This document shows positions 37,521-50,109 of a stretch of 64,000 nt of DNA, one piece after another. Each line of letters begins with the position of its first letter. Position 1 is the first letter of the stretch. Origin of the DNA: Amphiscolops sp. MND2022 (lineage: Eukaryota); the NCBI GenBank assembly GCA_964187785.1, contig OZ076416.1:56048001-56112000 (forward strand), in the 5' to 3' direction. The notes under the pieces were generated by a model that worked only from the letters and a program-made list of their open reading frames with translations, was not told where the DNA came from and searched no databases. The position numbers and the translations under genes are program-made.

Positions 37521-37826
37521 CAGGTCGTCGAATTCGTGTAAAAGATTTTCTTACACCGGAACCGTACACTTTTTTATCTACCGTTCCGATAAGCCGCTCT
37601 CAGAAAGGTCCGTGGACGACAAAAACTCAAATTCTGATGAAGAAGTGTATTTAGAAACAGTATCAAGATTCATCTCATCATTAACTCGTGAGCAAACTGG
37701 GGTACTGTTTGATGTATCAAAGGTACTGGTGTAGCGTTCCATTTTTGACTCGTTGAACATTTCCCGTCAAGTTTCCGATACTGGCGTACAAGAAGCCTCT
37801 TCCTCCCACTGTGGCTACGCTGTCTT

Positions 37827-38580
37827 CTAAAGAAGTGCTTTTTTGCAGACGCGGTCGGGAGCTGCGAAATTTATAAACACACTCCTAAATGCAAATTCGT
37901 CGAGGTCATCCGTGAGCCATTTCGCTTTTAGATTCCCTCGTTCAGAGGGTTGTAGGATTACAACCTGGGCGAGGTACACAGGGACATTTTTAAGGTGTTC
38001 ACTTACCTGGGCGTGCACAGGATACCACACGAGTCGCACCACAACCTTCATAGCCGTCGAATCAACAAGGACCTGGTATTTCCGCAAGACGTTTTGGCCA
38101 AGTAACAAGTTTTCTACACCCAGCGCCTCATCCACGATGACAAAGTTAGTCTCCAGATCATACCCACCCAGTTGCAACCTGATGCCCTCCGCGATGCCGA
38201 ACGTCTTGATTGCCTTCCCGTTGCCTGCGTACAAGTCATTGTAGGGTTTCAGTAAAATCCCGGTTTGTACTGCTAACCTGTTATAAGCAGAAAAAGTGAA
38301 TATGGACACTCCCGAGCCAGTATCGACAAGACCTTTCAACGCTAAGGGAGCCGCATCGGGTACACTGAAGGAAACGAGTAGCGACGCACGCTCGTCGATC
38401 CTGGCTTCACCTGTGGGATCTTGCCTCTCAATGTTGTATCAACGTATCTCCTGGGGTCCTAAACATACACCTGAGGGAAAAACATCGAACACTACTGTCG
38501 CATCAATTTTCATATCCACTCCGTCTATGTTGGTTTGTACTGGAATGTGGGAGTATCCGCGAAACGTCGTGTTTTCCTCC
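37827..38580 (-). pseudogene. Gypsy aspartic protease region
   Basis: KGLVDTGSGVSI motif and a downstream LLLGQNVL (LLG.dfL-like) motif. Confidence 0.88.
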
Positions 38581-38665
38581 TATTCTCCCTTTGCTCTCCA
38601 CTCTTCAGGTTGAGAGAGTATGATCCGTTGGGAACGAGAGTCAACGACAATCTCGCTCTTCAGTG

Positions 38666-41600
38666 TATCCTGCGTGAGTTCGGGCCTGCACGTCTTTTCG
38701 GCGGCCAAGAGCAACTTCATTGACATGGTTGTCCGTCCAACCGGGTCAAAACTTGTAGGTTCAGGGTTGGTCTGTACTTGTATATTGCCACAAGTAACTG
38801 TTAAAGGTATGGCGACATGTATGGCTTCGTCAGGACGTGAGGTTACCGCCATTTCATCCTCAGTAGTAGTTTGAGAGGGAGTCAGGGGTGACTCAGTCCA
38901 TGAGCAGTAGGCCAGATCATCTGTCATGGGCATGATCCGGCAATGTGTGGCAAAGTAGTTAGCCGTGCCACAGTTAACGCAAAACGTGGGACCGGTACAT
39001 TCAGCTGAGAGGATCTCTTGCGCCTCAGACAAGTTGACTTTGTCTTCAGGGGTGCCTGGTTGGGAAGGAATTGCCGGCTTCCGTGCCTGGTTTTTGGTTG
39101 GACACTCGCTGGCAAAGTGACCAGTCTGTCCACAACTAAAGCATGTTCCTTGAGGGGTCCCCATATGCTGCATAATACCCGGTGCGGGTTTAAACGACAG
39201 GGCTCGCTCCATGTTTTGAGTTGGCAGGCTTTGGGTTGGGTTGTCCCTGAGCTGGGGGCAAAACATCTTGTGGGGGCGGTTGTACCAGTTTTCCTGGGAA
39301 TAAAGGGTGAGGTCTTGATCTCATTGCATACCTCCGATCAAATGGTTGCTGGGGCCTTATTTTTCATGAAAAGGTCGTCGAATTCGTGTAAAAGATTTAC
39401 AAGGGTGTCACCCGCGGTTGCACCCCACAAGTTTTGAACCTGATCCAACTGCGTCTTGGGTCCCAGGATTGGGGCTAATAATTCCGGAACCGTGCACTTT
39501 TTTATCTACCGTTCCGATAAACCGCCCTCAGAAAGGTCCGTGGACAACAAAAACTCAAATTCTGATGAAGAAGTGCATTTAGAAACAGTATCAAGATTCA
39601 TCTCATCATAAAATTTGCAAACAAAATCGACGTTTTTCATTTCAGTGCTTTTCTCGTGAGCAAACTGGGGTACTGTTTGATGTATCAAAAGTACTGGTGT
39701 AGCGTTCCATTTTCGACTCGTTGAACATTTCCCGTCAAGTTTCCGATACTGACGTACAAGAAGCCTGTTTCTCCCACTGTGGATACGCTGTCTTCTAAAA
39801 AAGTGCTTTTTTCAAGACGCGGTCGGGAGTATCCTGCGTGAGTTCGGGCCTGCACGTCTTCTCGGCGGCCAAGAGCAACTTCATTAACATGATTGTCCGT
39901 CCTACCGGTTCAAAACTTGTAGGTTCAGGGTTGTTCTGTACTTGTATATTGCCACAAGTAACTGTTAAAGGTATGGCGACATGTATAGCTTCGTCAGGAC
40001 GTGAGGTTACCGCCAGTTCATCCTCAGTAGTAGTTTGAGAGGGAGTCAGGAGTGACTCAGTCCATGAGCAGTAGGCCAGATCATCGGTCATGGGCATGTT
40101 CCGGCAATGTGAGGAATAATAGTTCGCCGTGCCACAGTTAACGCAAAACGTGGGACCGGTATATTCAGCTGAGAGGATCTCTTGCGCCTCACACAGGTTG
40201 ACTTTGTCTTCAGGGGTGCCTGGTTGGGAAGGAATTGCCGGCTTCCGTGCCTGGTTTTTGGTTGGACACTCGCGGGCAAAGTGACCAGTCTGTCCACAAC
40301 TAAAGCATGTTCCTTGAGGGGTCCCCATATGCTGCATAATACCCGGTGCGGGTTTAATCGACAGGGCTCGCTCCATGTTTTGAGTTGGCAGGCTTTGCGT
40401 TGGCTTGTCCCTGAGCTGGGGGCAAAACATCTTGTGGGGGCGGTTGTACCAGTTTTCCTGGGAATAAAGGATGAGGTCTTGATCTCATTGCATACCTCCG
40501 ATCAAATGGTTGCTGGGGCCTTATTTTTCATGAAAAGGTCGTCGAATTCGTGTAAAAGATTTTCAAGGGTGTCACCCGCGGTTGCACCCCACAAGTTTTG
40601 AACCTGATCCAACTGCGTCTTGGGTCCCAGGATTGGGGCTAATAATTCCGGAACCGTGCACTTTTTTATCTACCGTTCCGATAAGCCGCTCTCAGAAAGG
40701 CCCGTGAACGACAAAAACTCAAATTCTGATGAAGAAGTGTGTTTAGAAACAGTATCAAGATTCATCTCATCATAAAATTTGCAAACAAAATCGACGTTTT
40801 TCATTTCAGTGCTTTGCTCGTGAGCAAACTGGGGTACTGTTTGATGTATCAAAAGTACTGGTGTAGCGTTCCATCTTCGACTCGTTGAACATTTCCCGTC
40901 AAGTTTCCGATACTGACGTACAAGAAGCCTGTTTCTCCCACTGTGGATACGCTGTCTTCTAAAAAAGTGCTTTTTTCAAGACGCGGTCGGGAGTATCCTG
41001 CGTGAGTTCGGGCCTGCACGTCTTCTCGGCGGCCAAGAGCAACTTCATTAACATGATTGTCCGTCCTACCGGGTCAAAACTTGTAGGTTCAGGGTTGTTC
41101 TGTACTTGTATATTGCCACAAGTAACTGTTAAAGGTATGGCGACATGTATAGCTTCGCCAGGACGTGAGGTTACCGCCAGTTCATCCTCAGTAGTAGTTT
41201 GAGAGGGAGTCAGGAGTGACTCAGTCCATGAGCAGTAGGCCAGATCATCGGTCATGGGCATGTTCCGGCAATGTGAGGCATAATAGTTCGCCGTGCCACA
41301 GTTAACGCAAAACGTGGGACCGGTATATTCAGCTGAGAGGATCTCTTGCGCCTCACACAGGTTGACTTTGTCTTCAGGGGTGCCTGGTTGGGAAGGAATT
41401 GCCGGCTTCCGTGCATGGTTTTTGGTTGGACACTCGCGGGCAAAGTGACCAGTCTGTCCACAACTAAAGCATGTTCCTTGAGGGGTCCCCATGTGCTGCA
41501 TAATACCCGGTGCGGGTTTAATCGACAGGGCTCGCTCCATGTTTTGAGTTGGCAGGCTTTGCGTTGGGTTGTCCCTGAGCTGGGGGCAAAACATCTTGTG

Positions 41601-42843
41601 GGGGCGGTTGTACCAGTTTTCCTGGGAATAAAGGGTGAGGTCTTGATCTCATTGCATACCTCCGATCAAATGGTTGCTGGGGCCTTATTTTTCATGAAAA
41701 GGTCGTCGAATTCGTGTAAAAGATTTTCAAGGGTGTCACCCGCGGTTGCACCCCACAAGTTTTGAACCTGATCCAACTGCGTCTTGGGTCCCAGGATTGG
41801 GGCTAATAATTCCGGAACCGTGCACTTTTTTTATCTACCGTTCCGATAAGCCGCTCTCAGAAAGGTCCGTGAACGACAAAAACTCAAATTCTGATGAAGA
41901 AGTGTATTTAGAAACAGTATCAAGATTCATCTCATCATAAAATTTGCAAACAAAATCGACGTTTTTCATTTCAGTGCTTTGCTCGTGAGCAAACTGGGGT
42001 ACTGTTTGATGTATCAAAAGTTCTGGTGTAGCGTTCCATTTTCGACTCGTTGAACATTTCCCGTCAAGTTTCCGATAATGACGTACAAGAAGCCTGTTTC
42101 TCCCACTGTGGATACGCTGTCTTCTAAAAAAGTGCCTTTTTCAAGACGCGGTCGGGAGTATCCTGCGTGAGTTCGGGCCTGCACGTCTTCTCGGCGGCCA
42201 AGAGCAACTTCATTAACATGATTGTCCGTCCTACCGGGTCAAAACTTGTAGGTTCAGGGTTGTTCTGTACTTGTATATTGCCACAAGTAACTGTTAAAGG
42301 TATGGCGACATGTATAGCTTCGTCGGGACGTGAGGTTACCGCCAGTTCATCCTCAGTAGTAGTTTGAGAGGGAGTCAGGAGTGACTCAGTCCATGAGCAG
42401 TAGGCCAGATCATCGGTCACGGGCATGTTCCGGCAATGTGAGGCATAATAGTTCGCCGTGCCATAGTTAACGCAAAACGTGGGACCGGTATATTCAACTG
42501 AGAGGATCTCTTGCGCCTCACACAGGTTGACTTTGTCTTCAGGGGTGACTGGTTGGGAAGGAATTGCCGGCTTCCGTGCCTGGTTTTTGGTTGGACACTC
42601 GCGGGCAAAGTGACCAGTCTGTCCACAACTAAAGCATGTTCCTTGAGGGGCCCTCATATGCTGCATCATACCCGGTGCGGGTTAAATCGACAGGACTCCA
42701 TGTTTTGAAATGGCAGGCTTTGGGTTGGGTTGTCCCTGAGCTAGGGGCAAAACATCTTGTGGGGGCGGTTGTACTAGTTTTTCTGGGAATAAGAGGTGAG
42801 GTCTTGATCTCATGGCATACCTCCGATCATCTGGTTGCTGGGG
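38666..42843 (-). repeat. Tandem array, 1164-bp unit (~3.6 copies), each a gag zinc-knuckle segment fused to a pre-RT segment
   Basis: Equivalent junctions at 38666/39830/40994/42159 and 39351/40515/41679/42840. The ORF with CFSCGQTGHFA.EC occurs four times. Confidence 0.97.
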
Positions 42844-44224
42844 TCGAGTAGCGGACTGAGGGCGGCGTCGCCGAAGTTGACGCGTAGTAGATCGCAGTAA
42901 TTCTACTGTGGGTGGATCGACCAGTTAGTTCTCAGCTGCATATACCACTGCTAGCTCACGTCGGAGCACTGAGTCCCGCACCCAGTCCATGAATCGTTGA
43001 AGGATCTTGTAACGACGGGCAGTAATAGGTACTACGGAGAACCCTTGGGATCTCAGACCTTCCAATGCATCAAGATTATGCATCTAGTCTTCGTTCTCTT
43101 GCTGGATTCGGGACATTAATGATTGCCGTACTTGCATACGGTTACCACCAGTTCCAAATCGGCTAGCCATTAAGGCGAATACTTTATTGGGGTCATCGCG
43201 TTCGGGTTCGGACTTGTTGATTATGTGATTTCGTGCTTCACCTTTCAAATGATCAATGATGACCCAAGCTTTATCTATTGTAGTGGATTTTGAATGTACC
43301 TGTTCCACACATTGTTTCAGCACCAGTAGCCATCCATCCACCGTGCCATCTTTTGTGCACTTGCATACGGTGGGGCGAGCACGTGTTTGATCTAGTCCTG
43401 CAATTAGGGGTGCCAAATCCTTGGACATGGCCTTAGATTCTCAGTCGTATCTAAGGCAATAGCTCTTTCCGTTTGGTGCTGCTAGCAAAAGGATTGCCCA
43501 AGGGTAAAACTTCGTCCGCAGTTTGGAAGCCTGAGGTAGTGTCAACTAGAGTTGTTTTGGCTAACAGAAAGGTTGTGGAAATTTCGGATTTGTCATTTAG
43601 GTTGAAACTATTCTTTTGACCTGAATTTGAAATACCCACGCCAGAAGATTCTATAGTTATGGGGTCATACCTGATGTCATCTGCGGGGTTTGCTCATTCG
43701 CGTTTGGTTTAACATGCGCAAACGAAGATCGGGTGTCTGGTATAAACATTTTTGAACTTGAAGGGACGGGTGGTGCTGCTTATCCTGCGACTTTCATGCC
43801 AGAGTTTTCGTAGTTTGCGACCTTTTGCAAAACATTGCTGATCAATTGAGTTTGGGAACAATTGTCGTGCATCTGCGTCTCCATGCGAAAATTGCGTTCT
43901 GTCAACATGTCTTTCTTATCGGTTATTCGGTAGTTCATAGCACTCATATGGGCCATTCGGGGACTTTTTCCATGTATGTGTCTCTCCGCAGACATTCGCA
44001 TTTCCTAATGAAGTGCCTCAGTGTCGGCGGTGACTGCTTTGTGCTCGCGACTGCATTCAGTTTTACGTTTAGTCAGACGGGTGGATGCTTGTCCTGCTTC
44101 CATTTGTGCTTCCAGTAGACAGCTGCTTCATATTCTGCTCAATGTGCAAAGGACCTGGCTGAGGCTTTCGATTGGGGTGAGATGATCGTGACGCACGTGG
44201 TCCAGTGGTTGCGGTTTGTGCCAT
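42844..44224 (-). pseudogene. Gypsy gag (N-terminal and capsid-like part)
   Basis: Probable start MAQTATTGPR at 44224. PTVCKCTKDGTVDGWLL...KAWVIIDHLKGEARNHII...RFGTG (43084-43428) leads into the knuckle region. Confidence 0.8.
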
Positions 44225-44468
44225 TATTACAGGGGGTTTCACTCGCTGGCTGTGTGCGCTTTATAAAAGTCGGATTGGGTTCAAAATTGGTCACCCAGTC
44301 TTACTTGTAGTTAGGTTCACGACACTAAGCGTCGTTTTGACTTAGCCTTTCTAAATCAGTAGTTGTGGTTTTTCGCGAACAATCTAAGGTTTTCGTTTTC
44401 TTTTTGGCACTGAAATGGAATTCTCCGACGTGGTTTACACCTTCAAACGTCGTTTCCACTATATAAAC

Positions 44469-44849
44469 AACAAGCCGGGAACGGCCCAAGTAAGCGCCAT
44501 ATCTAGGGCTCAAAAAGACTCGAAATCCACTTTTTCTACAACTGGGGACAACAAAAGCTCTCAAAAAACTAAAAATTGAGAAAAAAAAATTTCCGAATTT
44601 TTTTTGAAATTTTTTTTCGAAGTTTCCGGTAAGTCGCATAGTGCCGGAAAATGTAAGAGGGGGACGCTTTTTATCTCATGTTAGACGCTTTGGATGCGTT
44701 GAAAATGAAGTACTAAGTACATAGGGTAAAAGTTGGTAAATGTGCATTAATTGGATTAATGCACAAAAAATGGACGTTACGCGTTGAACTGACGAAAAAA
44801 AACTAGCCACTGTAAGAGTCGGGATTTCTTCGAAAATGCCGACTAAAAA
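44469..44849 (+). mobile_element. Helentron/HINE-like repeat copy
   Basis: AACAAGCCGGGAACGGCCCAAG 5' end and an AGTCGG...GCCGACTAAAAA 3' hairpin. Confidence 0.6.
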
Positions 44850-47800
44850 TGAGAGCTTTTGACCTCTCAGGCAACAACCAAGTTGAGTGCCCTAGCATTT
44901 TTAATAATGTTTTCGAGTACTTGAGAAATAACCAAAAATCGACGTTTTTGAGACTAAAGTCACAGTCAACTTTTCCAAAAGTACACAAAAACTCGTTCTA
45001 TAGTGCCTGAAGTGTGCACCAAACAAATATTAACACACTGGGGGTTCTAGAAAGCCCTTCTCACAGTTCCCCATTGACGTACATCACCGTGCTTAAGTGT
45101 TTGTTTTAAGAAACAGGGTTTGTCTTCTTGAAACTATCAAAAAGGTGCTCGCAGCGGCGTTTAGGAGTGCTTGAGCATGTATCCACTAGCCAGTCGAGGG
45201 TTTGAGCTACCCTTTATCAGGAGTTTTACGGTGTTCTCGGCTAACAGCAGGAGCGCTTACGCTCATATAGGTGTTTCGCCTCAAAAATGCCAAGAGAGGC
45301 ACTTTTCTGACTTTTCAAGGAAAAATGTTCTTTTCTCGCACAAATTAGGTGCAGACGTTCACCTACAGTTGCATTGGATTACCAATGTTACTTGCAAATA
45401 ATAGCTTTCAACATTCTGGGCAATCGAAAAGTTTTTGTGCACCAAGCTCAGGAATGGTATACAACCTGGACCGGGGGCCTGTGTCTTTTTTCTATTATTT
45501 CTCCACACCAGACCAGTCAAAGACAAGCGGTGTGTACCATTAGCAACGTCAGTGTTGGCACTACGTTTCCTCGAAATATCGTCCCTCTAGGACGTCCCCA
45601 CGAGGAATTCAACCAGAGAATCGTACACCTTCGATTTTGCCCTTTGTGTATTTCGTCCGAGCTTGGTTCGACCCTTTTTTAACACTCGCATATATTGTCA
45701 GAAATGCTGAATGGACTACAAAACACCCTTCAACACCTGCCGTCGCCTTTTGACGGATTTCTAAACCAAGGGTGATTGACTATGGTTAGAAGGATAAAAG
45801 GGGTTCTCACTTGTACCTGTCAAAAAATACATTAAAACACCAAAATTTACACTTTTCCGTGGTATTTACCGAAATAATCTTGAATACCGGGAATAACGCC
45901 CTAAATAGCACACACGCGTGGTAGGAAGAACGGAAAACTCTGGATTTTCGTCTCCTTTCAGAGTCGCGGCGTACTTGGCCCTAATCACCGGAGGGCCAGC
46001 TCATTGCGGGAAGCACTCCAAGACGATCCCATCCCTCTGTGGTCGCCATAAAATGTAGCCTTCATGTAATGACAAGCGATCGCGTTTTCTGACTGTTGCA
46101 ATTCTCTTTCTTCTTTCGGTTCGCCTATTCCCGGTCGAGAGCACTTATGCTCTGCGCCTTGTCAATTCTTTCTTGCCGAAGACTGAGGTCTTTTAATGAC
46201 ACGGTCGTGGTAAGCGGAATATGACTGAAATTCCTAAAATTTTTCCGCCATCATGGGTGACCGTTAGATTTCATGAACATCATTCTAATGGGACCAATTG
46301 GTCTTAAGGCTGCTCAGATACACTGCCAAACGTGTCCTTACAACTTGTACAACTTGTGCGAGCTTCGATCCTATTGTGGTAACAGACTAGCTACACCAAT
46401 GCTATTTGAGTTGTGATCGCCTCAGCAGAGCGGACTATAGAGTCGTTAGTTCAAAAAGCAAACATCAAAGGACTGCCTGATATGTAACGTCCACAAGCCT
46501 TGTGACAGAACACGTTCCAGAAATTCGTCGAACATTCAAAGTATCGCACAAAAAATCAAAATCGCCGAATTGGCAGGTACCTAAGATAGGTCTGGAAGAC
46601 GTACTAGAACACCCACGCGGAGAAACTCGAAAAGAGAGGAGAAAAGAGAACACGTATTCTGTGTATATCACGGAACACCCCCGTGTAGTGCCATCTCGTA
46701 CCAGAGAATTAGCCCAAGAATGTGGATACCCCGAGTCCCGACAGAAGAGTTATGCAACTTTTGCATGGACCGTCCCCAAACCAAGAACGCACTGAGACTG
46801 CATTTAGTTGTTTAACTGATAAATCCTTGTGTTTTTTTTTGATTTTCAGCTGTTTGGAACTTGATCTGCCAGATCCTTTATTTTCATCACTTTTACCAAA
46901 TATAAAGTACTTTAGCTAATTGCAGTTTTTAGACCTCGCAAGTGTGCAGGAAGTCGCAAGCAAGTTTTCAAGTGCTTGTGGGACGTGTCGGGACTTTGAG
47001 CATGCCAGCATGTCGCATCGTAGTTTTGAATTGAGGAGTCTCTTTGACGTTTGTACATCCCGAAAACGCAACGAGTTATTTCTCCCCGGGTCAAAATTGA
47101 AGGGCTCAATTACTGAGCACACAAACCTCTACGTGGAATGTGTCAACCACCAGGCTTGCTTCAGACTCCATGCCCCCGCCATTAATTTTCTCCGCCCCTA
47201 CAAATTTATATGTACGGGGGACAAAAGTTATAATCTGTGATGCGTTACTTTCCAAATTTTGCCATTTCTCCACATTTTATTCCACTTTAAATTTAATATT
47301 GCGTTTTACTAAGGAGTAGGCGGAGGTTCGAAAACAAGCGTTTCCCGTTTGTCCAAGCACGCTATATCCGAACTTTTGACGTTATGGAAGTAAATTTTCG
47401 ATGAAGCGTCTATTGTTAGCCAATTGAAAGCGATAAATATCCTGTTGCATAGCGGGTGTCTTCTTGTTACCCCACCAGACTTGAACTTGTGAAACTTGTG
47501 TAAGAAGCAGCTAATCCGACCACTGTCCGCTCTTTGGGCAGTTCAAACTACCACGTTTTTTATTGGCATGGCCGCTGTTCAGATCCAATGCTAGCACATC
47601 TAGGGTCCAGTTTGGGCGCAGTTGGCCAGCATTAGCTCTCGTGAAAGTTTAGTCGACTGTAGTGTTCAAAGTTGGTAGTTTTTGACATGTTTTACTTTCT
47701 TTTTGCATTAATTAACTGTTAGAGGGCTCTTTACAATCTCGCGCAGAGATGAGCGCTGCATCAAGACGGAATCATCTTCACATTTGCTTACTCAGTATGT

Positions 47801-47972
47801 AAAATGCATACTCTGGGTGTTCAGCTTGTGATGCCTCGTGTTTGGTTCAAATTGAATTGACTTGTTCGCATGAAAAGAGGTTTTCATGCACCTTAAAGTT
47901 CCTCAGGAAAGATCAGTGAGACAGTGCAGTCTAAAGCCACAAGTTCATCATTCACGCATAAGTTTACTTGCA

Positions 47973-48720
47973 TCATGGGGTGTTACGCAGCAATGGCAGT
48001 TGAAGGTAGTGCGGGTTTTCGTGCGTGATCCCAAGTAGGACCTTTTTCCCATCAGGGGGGTGGTGAAATATGGAGTCGGTAGCAACCAGTGCTATCAGAG
48101 AAGGATTTGCAGTTGCTCGTGGTGTCTGAGAAGGTGCAAAACGCCCAGGGGCATCGTCCGTTGCGTCAGTACTACTACCTTCACTGATAATAATGGGCGG
48201 TGGTTCTGATAAGTTCCCAGCGGTAATATTGATTAACGGGGTAATGGGTGTTACTACATATTGATTAGCGATCTCTAATCGGGGAGTTAATTGGGATCCC
48301 AAACTGTTTTTAGCATCGGCCGTGCGGTGGTTCCCTGCTGCTGCCTGCTATGTTTTTGCAACTGATGTGTTGCGAAACTCAATGCTCTATTTCTATCGAC
48401 TCAGTTAGAAAACTCTCAGTGACAGGAATCACTGATAGTTCGCGCCCGACCACCAGGTCACAAACTCAGTTAACGTCAGCTAACTTCAGGCGCTGCAAAC
48501 CATCCAATGCTCCCAAGTATTGCATGACACCTTCTTCCTTTTCCTCTTCCTGACCACGTGACACAAATGGTTGACTCACAGGCCAACTCGGCCAGAAAAA
48601 ACCTGGCGAGCAGCGTGAGCGCTTTTCATGGTCGTAATACCCAGGCTCTCAATCTCTGATTTTATTGTTTCCAGCCTCATCTTGCAAAACGTTGATGATT
48701 GTCCATACTTCATCTTTGGC
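47973..48720 (-). pseudogene. Old gag remnant related to the giant Gypsy family
   Basis: Manual translation KDEVWTIINVLQDEAGN...FVSRGQEEEKEEGVMQYLGALDGL parallels KAWVIIDHLKGEARN...LMSRIQQENED at 43084-43428. Confidence 0.5.
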
Positions 48721-50109
48721 CGAAACGTTCGGAACTTTAATTTAATTCATCTGGTATCTACAAAAGTGAACAACTTGGCTCAAAAACAATAGCCATAACA
48801 ATGTACCAGAAAAAACTTTCAAAGGCGCATTGCCGATTAACGAAAGCCTCGTTATATGGAAGGTGCCTAACTTGGATCCATGCACACTGTTAGTCTGTCT
48901 GGAGCCTGAGAGAAACAGAGTTGTCGAATCTTCGCACATGATCCTGGAAATGGCTTCTGTGAGATCGAATTTAGAAGTTAGAAATTTTCACAGCGGCGGC
49001 CACAGTTGCAGGCTTTTTGACGTTGTCGCTTAGGCCCATCCCACAATTTTTCAAACATTCCACGAGCTGAACCAACTAATGACAGCAGAAAAAAAAGGAC
49101 AGTCGGGACTGTCGAGAATTGATTCTGACAAAGCATCAGCAAGATATCGCTTTGTAGCTCAAATCAGATGGGTTTCTGATAAACGTTCAGCGACACTGCA
49201 ATTCCTTGAAATATTCCCGAAATTACAATCGGGATTTTTCCACTGTCTTTAAGTATTTTATGCAAAAACTTCTTTCAAGAAGGTTACTTTTCGATTTTTG
49301 GAAAAAACGAAAAAACTTGGAATGGTCTTGATTCGGTAATCCCCGGATGTTCATCGAAAAAACTTCAATGCAAACCCATTTGGTCTCGCATAACTAGCTC
49401 AATCAAAAGTCCTAGTCAATCTCGGAATTTTCCATAGTAGTAGCTGTTTTTTTAGTGGAATAATTTTTTACATTCAAATTCAGCATCTCTCAAACATTGC
49501 TAGCATCTTTCAACGTTTGTCGGAAGGTCTTTGGGTGAGCGACTAACCGGTTGCACTTTCGACGTCTAAGTTCATACTCTTCTTGAAACCTAAATAATAC
49601 AGCATCTAGGTCATCTAGATCCTGGAGATTTTTTATTCTTAATGCTTTCAATAAAAAAGATCTTTTGTTAGGAACTGTCCCCTTCAAAATTGAAAAAATA
49701 AATTCTCAGAGTTAGAGGCAAAATTGCACTGACTGAATTGCACTTTTCACAAACATTTGTGCTTTTTATTCAATGACTTAAATGGTTGATCCTGTGAATG
49801 TTTCAGACGTAGCTTCGATTCTTTCCTTTAATTCGCGCTGTGACTCATTCTAGTATCTTGCAGAGTTTGCATAGAGCAAAGGATTCACGCAGGCAAGATG
49901 CACGTTTTAAAAAATTCATAGGCATGACATAAGAGACATCGCACTTGTTTGTACAACAGTTATATGTTGGCTTTTTTGATCCGACTGGAGCTGAAGTTTA
50001 AACGAACTTTTTAACTTAGCTTTTCATTGTAGATTCAGTTGGGTTTTTAAGCTTTCCAAAACCGCGGAAGAACAGAATCAACAAAACCCTTCAAATGAGA
50101 GTTGCTTCA

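Larger units (their letters stand above)
28293..46268 (-). mobile_element. Very large decayed Ty3/Gypsy element with accessory ORFs; boundaries approximate
   Basis: Continuous minus-strand gag (start ~44224), protease, RT, RH, IN, then extra coding regions down to ~29090. Related ~200-bp segments at 28293-28497 and 46082-46268 could be LTR-end remnants (both resemble TGTAACGGTCACCCATG on the minus strand). No TSD found. Confidence 0.8.

Noticed and set aside
46502-47240. Plus-strand ORFs of 97 and 106 aa with nearby acceptor-like sites
   Set aside because: I could not build a phase-consistent exon chain or identify a domain.
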